Assembly: GCA_030747035.1 (NCBI GenBank) | Contig: JASLLM010000002.1 | Span: 1-61,387, forward strand | DNA from: Alphaproteobacteria bacterium | Lineage (GTDB): Bacteria > Pseudomonadota > Alphaproteobacteria > GCA-2731375 | Length of the DNA: 61,387 nt | Direction: 5' to 3' | In this document: positions 1 through 7,440 of the stretch, one piece after another | Position numbering within the stretch: position 1 is the first letter of the stretch | Layout of the letters: each line of letters opens with the position of its first letter | The notes under the pieces: model-generated | Told to the model about the DNA's origin: nothing | Database searches by the model: none | What the model saw: the letters and a program-made list of their open reading frames with translations, nothing else | Translations under genes and position numbers: made by a program

Positions 1-13
1 ACCTAGGACAACA

Positions 14-556
14 ATGGTCACCAGCCCTGTAATGCCGATCGGCGGATTTCAACAGGGGAAAAGATATTCGCTTGTGATATTTGCCACGGTCGTGATGCTC
101 CTTTGTTCATGTTCACAGTCATTCGCCGCTGAAAAACTGGCGTTCCTGCCCTGGCCCTTCGGTTTGCCGGTCAAACCGGAAATCGAAGGTCTGCTCCAGG
201 AACTTTATTCGCCTAGCGGAGCGCATAAGCTTGACAGAGCAAACCTAGCCGGCGTCCCGGTCGATATGGACTACGACGGCACGCTGGAGCTGGTGGTTGC
301 ATTTGTCGGCTCTGGCCATTGTGGCGCAAGGGGTTGCAGTGGCTATGTGTTGCAAGGCTCAAATGAAACCGGTTGGCGAGTACTGACAGACACGGAAACC
401 TTGCATGACGGGATGATTGTTACCAAGGATGTCGTCGTCAAATACCGTGCACTAATCGGACCGTATAATATTTTGGTCTGGAATGGTGTTCAGTTCTTTC
501 TCGTCTGCGGGTACGACGAATGCAGGGAGACATTCGACCAAGGTGTCAAGTATTGA
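14..556 (+). CDS. Exported hypothetical protein with DxDxDG and CGxxGC motifs (possible immunity-type protein)
   Basis: AGGA RBS at 5-8. Hydrophobic N-terminal signal (LVIFATVVMLLCSC..SFA), DMDYDG loop and HCGARGC motif. More A/T-ending codons than the host genes. Confidence 0.6.
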   Translation: MVTSPVMPIGGFQQGKRYSLVIFATVVMLLCSCSQSFAAEKLAFLPWPFGLPVKPEIEGLLQELYSPSGAHKLDRANLAGVPVDMDYDGTLELVVAFVGSGHCGARGCSGYVLQGSNETGWRVLTDTETLHDGMIVTKDVVVKYRALIGPYNILVWNGVQFFLVCGYDECRETFDQGVKY

Positions 557-683
557 GTTCGAGCACTCCCCAGCCAGTGTCGGCAAAGTGAGGTGGTCCC
601 ACATTGTTGGACAGCTTGGCGGCGTTGCTAAGGTGCATTCCGTTGTCTGATCATGCCGCCAAATTCTTCTTCATATTGATGGG

Positions 684-1751
684 ATGGTTTACGGCCTGAC
701 GCCGACCATCGCCGACGAATACAACGATGCCGATCCACCAAACCGCAAACGCATTTACGACAACGTCGCCAAGGCCCAGGACTGGTGGTTGGGGGCGGCC
801 GACGAGCAGATCGCCGATCAGGCCTATGCCACCAACTTCGCGAAAGCGGCACGCTGGGCCCGGGACGATGGCAACGACTATTCCAACTTCGCCAAGGTGA
901 TGACCACGGCCGGCAAGTTCGAGGTCCAGCCCGACGAATTCGACAGGTATCTAAACGGCGCGCCGGAGGAGCACGAGGCGCTGATCCAGGACATCAACAA
1001 GCGCATCATGCCATGGGCCCACACCGGCATGGACGAGGATTTCAGCGGGATGCCGGACCAGGCGCCCGTGCAGGACGCCGACGGCGGTGACGACACAGAC
1101 TGGGGCGTGCCGGAGACCATTTACAACAAAGGCAATTATGCCACCGGTGCGAACACTGACAATTCACCGAACTATGATAGTGGCGATGACACTTACTTCA
1201 CCGATCCGGATAACGAAGAGGCAACCCGGACCGAATACGGCGGTGAGGACGTGGAATTCTCCGGGCCACAAAACGATACCGCGAACTACACACCTGATCC
1301 AGACGGAACAGGCGCGGCGGCATCCAAGATTGAACAGACTCCAGCAAACCAGAGCCTCGACAACGCAGCCACGGAGGCTTCAGAGACACCAGAATCCCCG
1401 GGTGCGCATGCGGAATTCCGCGGCATGATGGGCGCCTATGCGCGGGGCGACACAGGCCGCGCGTTGAACAAGGCGGGCAACTTACTCCGCATCGGCATCG
1501 AGACCGCGCGCCCGCACGTGCAGGAATTTCTTGAACGGCTCGAGACCGAACCGGAGAAGGTGGAGCAAGAGCTATCAACGCCAAGATCACCGAGCGCGAC
1601 GACAAATCCTAAGCAACGTCCGGCTGACATCGGAATCGGCGGCTGTTCGCGGCCAGCGAGGGGCGCTTTTGGGGCTTCGGCACCTCGTTCCTACCCAAGG
1701 TCATGGAGTATTTCCAGGACCGCCAGGACAAGGCACACGAATTGGCGGTGA
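684..1751 (+). CDS. Acidic, mosaic hypothetical protein, probably a truncated fragment
   Basis: 355-aa D/E/N-rich ORF with no clear RBS. Residues 3-51 align without gaps to residues 89-137 of the 5142 ORF. The 3' end runs out of frame into the holin gene. Confidence 0.5.
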   Translation: MVYGLTPTIADEYNDADPPNRKRIYDNVAKAQDWWLGAADEQIADQAYATNFAKAARWARDDGNDYSNFAKVMTTAGKFEVQPDEFDRYLNGAPEEHEALIQDINKRIMPWAHTGMDEDFSGMPDQAPVQDADGGDDTDWGVPETIYNKGNYATGANTDNSPNYDSGDDTYFTDPDNEEATRTEYGGEDVEFSGPQNDTANYTPDPDGTGAAASKIEQTPANQSLDNAATEASETPESPGAHAEFRGMMGAYARGDTGRALNKAGNLLRIGIETARPHVQEFLERLETEPEKVEQELSTPRSPSATTNPKQRPADIGIGGCSRPARGAFGASAPRSYPRSWSISRTARTRHTNWR

Positions 1752-2098
1752 TGGACAAACAGATGGCCGTGCAGGAGCGCGGCCATGAAATGCGCCTTGA
1801 GGAAATCAACATCGAGGCCGATATCCGGGAAACCGAAAGCCTGCACCGCCATGACCGCAAGGCGGGTATCGCCTGGGTCGACGGCCTGCGCGGATCGGTG
1901 CGGCCGGTGGTGACTTACATCATGGTATTGGAGTTCGTCTTCATCAAAACAGCGGCCATGTTTCTGATCTTCGGCGCGGACGGCGTGACGCTGGATACCC
2001 TGGCCGTGGTCTGGGACGAAGAGACCAGAGCGCTTTTTGCCGCGATTCTATCGTTCTGGTTCGGGCACCGGGCCCTGAAAAGCTTCTATCCACGATGA
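1703..2098 (+). CDS. Holin-like protein (3TM gene-transfer-release holin type), 5' end damaged
   Basis: VRPVVTY...ILSFWFGHR signature with hydrophobic segments. Upstream in-frame GFGTSFLPKV resembles the usual N-terminus. ATGA overlap with the lysozyme gene. Confidence 0.6.
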   Translation: MEYFQDRQDKAHELAVMDKQMAVQERGHEMRLEEINIEADIRETESLHRHDRKAGIAWVDGLRGSVRPVVTYIMVLEFVFIKTAAMFLIFGADGVTLDTLAVVWDEETRALFAAILSFWFGHRALKSFYPR

Positions 2099-2538
2099 AG
2101 ACCAATGCCAAAGGGTTGGCGATCATCAAGCAATATGAAGGTTTTTCGCGCCTGCCGTATCGGGACCCAATCGGCATCCCGACCATCGGCTACGGCTCCA
2201 TCTGGGGTCTGGACCGAAAACGGGTAATGATGGATCACCCTGAGATTGACGGGGATGATGGGGAGGCCTTGCTGGCCCGAGAGGTCGATCACACTGAACG
2301 GGCGGTGCATCGCTTAATCCGCGTGCCCCTGTCGGACAACCAATTCGCCGCCCTGGTGTCGTTCACCTACAATGTTGGGCCGGGCAACCTGCAACGCTCC
2401 ACCCTGCGTCAAAAGGCGAACCGGGGCGATATGGCTGGCGCGGCGGATGAGTTCCCCAAATGGCGGCGGGCTGGCGGGCGTATCCTGCGCGGCCTGGTGC
2501 GGCGCAGAGCGGAGGAACGTGAATTGTGGCTCGGTTAG
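2095..2538 (+). CDS. Phage-type lysozyme (GH24 endolysin)
   Basis: E-x8-D-x5-T catalytic triad (YEGFSRLPYRDPIGIPTIGYG), QFAALVSFTYNVG and GLVRRRAEE motifs. Confidence 0.93.
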   Translation: MKTNAKGLAIIKQYEGFSRLPYRDPIGIPTIGYGSIWGLDRKRVMMDHPEIDGDDGEALLAREVDHTERAVHRLIRVPLSDNQFAALVSFTYNVGPGNLQRSTLRQKANRGDMAGAADEFPKWRRAGGRILRGLVRRRAEERELWLG

Positions 2539-2560
2539 CTCATCAACTGCCTGCCATTGC

Positions 2561-3040
2561 TCACCACAGCGACAGAAATTCAAACATGTCCGTCCGGGTA
2601 AGATGCAGGCGCCCGGCGGGTTCCTGTCTGCCCCTGCCCGCACCGATAATAGTAGCGCCGGTCCGCCTAGCGCCGTGCGACGGCCCGGTTGCAGCAAGTT
2701 TCCGGATACGGGCAATCAACTCACCGCGATCGAACGGCTTGGTCAGATAGTCGTCCGCACCGAAACCAAGGGCCCGGGTCTTGTCGTCAGGCTCCGCCAT
2801 GGCTGAAAGAATCAATATAGGTGTATCTATCGCCGCGGCGCGGAGCCTCTGCAGGACTTCATAGCCATGCATGTCGGGCAGGTTTAGATCCAAGACGATG
2901 ACATCAAAGGCGTAGAATTTTCCCAGGTCCAAACCTTCTTCGCCCAGGTCGGTTTCGCTGACGTCGAAACCTTCACCTTGCAACAGCAGATCCACGGTCT
3001 TGGCCATCGCTGCATCATCTTCGATCAGCAAAGCTCGCAT
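2561..3040 (-). CDS. CtrA-like response regulator: receiver domain intact, DNA-binding domain truncated
   Basis: TDLGEEGLDLGK.Y, D51 in LDLNLPD, and LGFGADDYLTKPF all match CtrA. The ORF ends at MFEFLSLW (CtrA MLELLSLR), before the recognition helix. Confidence 0.8.
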   Translation of the reverse strand: MRALLIEDDAAMAKTVDLLLQGEGFDVSETDLGEEGLDLGKFYAFDVIVLDLNLPDMHGYEVLQRLRAAAIDTPILILSAMAEPDDKTRALGFGADDYLTKPFDRGELIARIRKLAATGPSHGARRTGATIIGAGRGRQEPAGRLHLTRTDMFEFLSLW

Positions 3041-3154
3041 TAATCGCCCCGCAAGATATTATGGTAAATATATCAAATGGTGTTGGCGACCTGGATTTCA
3101 ATGGTGTACTAGGCCGCCAAATCTAGCTGGCGAGTTCTTCGAAACGACCTGCAT

Positions 3155-3898
3155 TCAAATCCGCCAAGCCGAATGCATGGCGGCAATACCGCCTGCCAGG
3201 TTGCGATAGCTGACATTACTCAGGCCCGCTTCTGAAATCATGCAGGCGTAGCTCTCTTGATCCGGAAAGGTGCGGATGCTTTCTGCGAGATACCGGTAAG
3301 ACGCCTCGTCATCGGCCACGACCCGGCCAAGGCGGGGTACCACTTGGAAAGAGTATTTGTCGTACAGGCCCTCCAACCCTGGCAGGGCGAGACGAGAGAA
3401 TTCCAGGCAAAGGAAACGGCCACCGGGGCGCAGCACGCGGCACATCTCTGCCAGCGCCCTGGGTTTGTCAGTCATGTTACGGATGCCGAAAGCGCAGGTC
3501 ACGGCATCTACCGAGGCATCGGGAACAGGCAAACATTCTCCATTGGCACACAGCCATTCGATGTCACCGGAAAGCTGTTTTCCCCTTGCACGGCTTGTCC
3601 CCACCAAAAGCATTTCCTGATTGATGTCAGTCACGGTCACCCTGCCGCCACCGCCGGCAAGAAAGCGAAAGGCGACATCGCCGGTTCCACCCGCCAAATC
3701 CAATAAATGCATATCCGCCCTGGGCCGCAGCCAAGTTATGAATGCGGCCTTCCACAATCGATGCAGGCCGCCCGACATCAGGTCGTTCATCACGTCATAG
3801 CGGCCCGCCACGGAATCAAAGACGCCGCGCACGCGGGCGGTCTTTTCTTCCCATGGTACGGATTCAAAACCGAAATCGGTACTTGCCGTTGGCGACAT
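3155..3898 (-). CDS. ubiE: Ubiquinone/menaquinone C-methyltransferase
   Basis: VFDSVAGRYDVMNDLMSGGLHRLWK, LDLAGGTGD, YRYLAESIRTFP. Confidence 0.95.
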   Translation of the reverse strand: MSPTASTDFGFESVPWEEKTARVRGVFDSVAGRYDVMNDLMSGGLHRLWKAAFITWLRPRADMHLLDLAGGTGDVAFRFLAGGGGRVTVTDINQEMLLVGTSRARGKQLSGDIEWLCANGECLPVPDASVDAVTCAFGIRNMTDKPRALAEMCRVLRPGGRFLCLEFSRLALPGLEGLYDKYSFQVVPRLGRVVADDEASYRYLAESIRTFPDQESYACMISEAGLSNVSYRNLAGGIAAMHSAWRI

Positions 3899-3993
3899 GC
3901 TGACGCTACTCCGTCGTTACTTTCAGGCGCGGAACAATAGCATGGTTTGGCACGCACTTGGCAGCATATGGAAATATCCGCTACTTTCCATTC

Positions 3994-4818
3994 ATGCCCG
4001 AACTCCCCGAAGTTGAAACCGTTTGCCGTGGCCTGGAAGGACATCTTGTTGGCCGCCGCCTAACCAAGGTTACCCAGCGCCGCGACAAGTTGCGTTGGCC
4101 CCTGCCCGAGAATTTCGCCGCGCGATTGGAAGGCCGAACTGTTCAGCGCCTGCACCGGCGCGCAAAATTTATTCTGGCGGACCTTGATGACGGCTGGGTC
4201 TGGATGACCCATCTGGGCATGTCGGGCCGCATGTTTATCCACGAAGGCTCGGCGCCTGATCCTGGCAAGCACGACCATGTGCTGTTGCAGACCAACAGCG
4301 GCGGGACAGTGGTGTTTCAGGACCATCGCCGTTTCGGCATGATGGATCTTGTGCAGGCGAAGCATCTCGGCAAGCACCGCCTGTTGCGGGACCTGGGGCC
4401 GGAGCCCCTTGGCAACGAATTCAATGGGATATACCTGTCCAACGCTCTTCGGGACCGGCGCACACCGATCAAGTCGGCACTCTTGGACCAAAAGACTGTT
4501 GCCGGCCTAGGCAACATCTATGTCTGTGAGGCCCTGTTCCGTACCGGCATTTCGCCACGCCGATTTGCCGCCTCGGTCGCGGGACGCAGGGCCGAAAGAT
4601 TGGTGCCCGCCATCCGTGATGTCCTGACGCAGGCCATCGCCAAGGGAGGTTCGACCCTAAGGGACTATGTCCAGGCATCTGGCGAGCTTGGATACTTTCA
4701 GCACGAATTCGCCGTTTATGGGCGCGAGGGTGAACCGTGTATCGAATGCGATCAACCGATCAAGCGTCTGATACAGGCCGGCCGTTCCACGTTCTACTGT
4801 TCCAGGTGCCAACGATAA
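3994..4818 (+). CDS. mutM: Formamidopyrimidine-DNA glycosylase
   Basis: N-terminal [20 protein letters not shown] and a C-terminal zinc finger (CIEC...CSRCQ). Confidence 0.97.
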   Translation: MPELPEVETVCRGLEGHLVGRRLTKVTQRRDKLRWPLPENFAARLEGRTVQRLHRRAKFILADLDDGWVWMTHLGMSGRMFIHEGSAPDPGKHDHVLLQTNSGGTVVFQDHRRFGMMDLVQAKHLGKHRLLRDLGPEPLGNEFNGIYLSNALRDRRTPIKSALLDQKTVAGLGNIYVCEALFRTGISPRRFAASVAGRRAERLVPAIRDVLTQAIAKGGSTLRDYVQASGELGYFQHEFAVYGREGEPCIECDQPIKRLIQAGRSTFYCSRCQR

Positions 4819-4914
4819 CTTTTCAAATGATCGTTGTAATTCGGACCTCTATTGAAAAACATTTTTTGCACACTGAAATTAGCGGTCCAAAATCCGCGCA
4901 ATTCAGACGAACGG

Positions 4915-4968
4915 GCGCCTTATTGTTCGGCTAGACTCTGATTGAGCAACCGAACCGGCGCTTTTTTT
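4915..4968 (+). terminator. Intrinsic terminator or attenuator-like hairpin
   Basis: GCGCC(4915-19)/GGCGC(4957-61) and GTTCGG(4925-30)/CCGAAC(4950-55) stems followed by T7 (4962-68). Confidence 0.55.
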
Positions 4969-5141
4969 GTGTCCAGAATCCATCTCTGAAAATCAACGTA
5001 CGAGCCTGAAACAGGGTCCGCGCAGATAAATGCGTTGAGACTCTTTTTGTTTCTGGGCCACGCCCTGCGTTTCCGGGCCCGGGCGGATTCCGGCACCCCT
5101 ATCCCCACACAAACTTAACCGACCTAATTGGAGAAGCACCG

Positions 5142-5582
5142 ATGATCGACATATTTGGCGACCGTAAATCAGATGACACCATCGACTGGGGCGACGACTG
5201 GGAGGACAGTCCCTTCTCCCCCGACTACCTCAGCCAGGCCAACAACAATTTCGACACCATCCGCCCTGGCGACCGCCCCGAGGACTACGGGGACCCGGTC
5301 AGACGGCGGCGCAACAAAACCCGGGCGCCTGACATGTTCGACTTTCTTGACATGCAGGAGGCGCCATACACAAAACCCGGCAATGCCGTCCACACAGCCG
5401 GCCAATACGGCGTCAACCGGCGCCTGGTCAATGACTACAATGTGGCCGATCCCCTTGAACGCCGGCGCATGAAGGGCGAGGCGAAAAACGCCCTGACCTG
5501 GGACGCCACGGCATCTCACGAGCAGCGCAAGGCGCAGATGGATGCGGTAAATCCTTGTGTCGGTTCTTCGCATGCACCGTAG
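5142..5582 (+). pseudogene. Acidic hypothetical protein, probable N-terminal fragment paralogous to the 684 ORF
   Basis: GGAG RBS upstream. Host-like codon use up to about 5552, then an abrupt change. The C-terminal 49 aa are homologous to the start of the 684 ORF. Confidence 0.5.
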
Positions 5583-5918
5583 GGCAAAGGGACAAGAACA
5601 TGGAATTGCGGCGTAATTGCGTGCGGTGAATCTTATATAAATGGGTCAGCCCATGGCGGCAATCGACGGCAGGCCCTGGTAGCGCTGCTATTCATGAAAG
5701 TCATAAAAAAATGCGACAAGAGCCGGGATCCGTGGATCGGTCAGCGTGCCCGGCAATGGCTCTTGGAGGACCCCATGCGGATCACGGAAGCCTTCGCTAG
5801 TCACGGAAAGCGCGCCATCCGTCTCTCTGGCGAAATTACAATATCCGGCTCTGTCCGCGCACTGTCTCTGCTATTATTGTTTCAACGACAATGGAACAAT
5901 GAATGGTAGGAACGAGAC

Positions 5919-6674
5919 ATGAGCAAAGTCCTAGTGGATATTGACGGCCCCGTACGGACGGTAACGTTGAACAGACCAGACAAACGAAATGCCCTGGATA
6001 CGGAAACCTTGGACGGCCTCAGTGCCGCGTTTCCGGACGAACCCGGCCCGGAAGAGCGGGTGGCGGTGCTGCGCGCGAATGGACCATCTTTTTGCTCGGG
6101 CATGGATTTGAGCCAAAGAGCCGCCGGCCTGGGCAAACCCGGGGCGATTGAGGTCATGTTGCGCCGGGTTGAAATCTATCCATTGCCCGTGGTTGCCGTC
6201 GTACACGGGCCAGCCATTGCCGGCGGCAATGAATTGGCCATGCATTGCGACTTCGTTGTTGCCAGTTCCACGGCAATATTTGGCATGTCCCTGGCCCAGA
6301 TCGGACTAGCCCCAACTTGGTTCCTGGCCAAGAAATTGATGGAGGTCGCCGGCCCCGTGGCCATGCGAGAGATTCTATTGCTGGGCGACCCACTGCCCGC
6401 TACCCGGATGCACGAGCTCGGCATCATCGCGCGTGTGGCGGAACCGGACGACCTGGAGGATGAAGCCCAAAAAATCATCGGCCGGCTGGCCGCCAATGCA
6501 CCGCTGTCGCTGCGCAACATGAAAGCCATGATGGTGCGGCAAATGGCTTTCCGGGATACTACGGACTACGACGACCTGAACGCCGACGTGGCCAAGGTCG
6601 CGGCATCCGCAGATGCCAAGGAAGGGGTCAGAGCCAAGCTAGATCGTCGCCTTCCCGATTTCCGAGGCGAATAA
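5919..6674 (+). CDS. Enoyl-CoA hydratase/isomerase family protein
   Basis: LNRPDKRNAL, FCSGMDL, AIAGGNELAMHCD crotonase motifs. Confidence 0.9.
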   Translation: MSKVLVDIDGPVRTVTLNRPDKRNALDTETLDGLSAAFPDEPGPEERVAVLRANGPSFCSGMDLSQRAAGLGKPGAIEVMLRRVEIYPLPVVAVVHGPAIAGGNELAMHCDFVVASSTAIFGMSLAQIGLAPTWFLAKKLMEVAGPVAMREILLLGDPLPATRMHELGIIARVAEPDDLEDEAQKIIGRLAANAPLSLRNMKAMMVRQMAFRDTTDYDDLNADVAKVAASADAKEGVRAKLDRRLPDFRGE

Positions 6675-6836
6675 CCGGAATTTGGGCAATATTTCCCGTT
6701 TCGGCGCGGGTACCGTGGAAACCAATCTTGGCGTATTGGCAAGGGTTCAAATGAGACGCAGTCGCTGATACCTGCTGACGGTCCGATCTCGCCGCAAGGC
6801 GCCTGATACCGTATGCCGCCGAAATATCGATCCTGA

Positions 6837-7247
6837 TCAGGCAGCAAATCCTACCGCGCGGCTAATTTCCCGTCCCAGATCGGGCGCTGAAATAGGTTTT
6901 GTAAGCACATTGGCGGCGCCGATCTGCATTGCAACTTCATGCAATAGGCCATCACTGTCGCCAGTCAGTATTAGCACAGGGATTTGCGCGAGATCGCTAT
7001 TCTTGTGGCGCCGCAACTTGTTGCAGAACGCCATACCATCACCATCACTCATATGCAGATCACAAATTACGAAATCCGGTGGTGCTTCGCCGGGCGTCTC
7101 GAGCAATTCAATGGCCTCGGTTCCATCGGCTGCTTCCGCCACATCCGTGATGCCCACCTGCGCCAATAAAGTGCGGACAATCGAGCGCATGGTACGTTGA
7201 TCGTCAACTATGAGTGCACGAAGCGACACCAGCATATCCGTCGACAT
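6837..7247 (-). CDS. CheY-like single-domain response regulator
   Basis: LIVDD, CDLHM (phospho-Asp), LTG and TKP motifs. GAAGGAG RBS before the ATG at 7247. C-terminal Ala-Ala. Confidence 0.88.
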   Translation of the reverse strand: MSTDMLVSLRALIVDDQRTMRSIVRTLLAQVGITDVAEAADGTEAIELLETPGEAPPDFVICDLHMSDGDGMAFCNKLRRHKNSDLAQIPVLILTGDSDGLLHEVAMQIGAANVLTKPISAPDLGREISRAVGFAA

Positions 7248-7409
7248 AGACTCAACTCCTTCCGGCGGCCCCGCTATCTGATCCATACAGATCGGAGGCT
7301 TTGCGCCCCGCCGTCGCCAACGGTTTGCCTTTTCGAAACGCCCTCTCGATGGCACGCCATAATGCGTATCCAATTCCCCCATTTGGAATTGAGGCTATCA
7401 GAATTCTAC

Positions 7410-7425
7410 TTAAGGAATGGTAAAC
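7410..7425. promoter_or_regulatory. Candidate CtrA box
   Basis: TTAA-GGAATGG-TAAAC, one mismatch to TTAA-N7-TTAAC, upstream of the CheY-like gene. Confidence 0.55.
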
Positions 7426-7440
7426 CGCTTGCGGTACTAT

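Noticed and set aside
1703-3040. Calling this region a gene transfer agent cluster
   Set aside because: A holin of this type and a CtrA-like neighbour are suggestive, but no head, tail or terminase genes are in the window.
4990-5050. Known riboswitch (c-di-GMP, SAM, glycine, cobalamin)
   Set aside because: The conserved core motifs were not recognised, so it is reported only as an unknown structured leader.
5694-5909. 71-aa ORF in the accessory gap before the enoyl-CoA hydratase
   Set aside because: No RBS or motif. It could be a remnant but cannot be supported.
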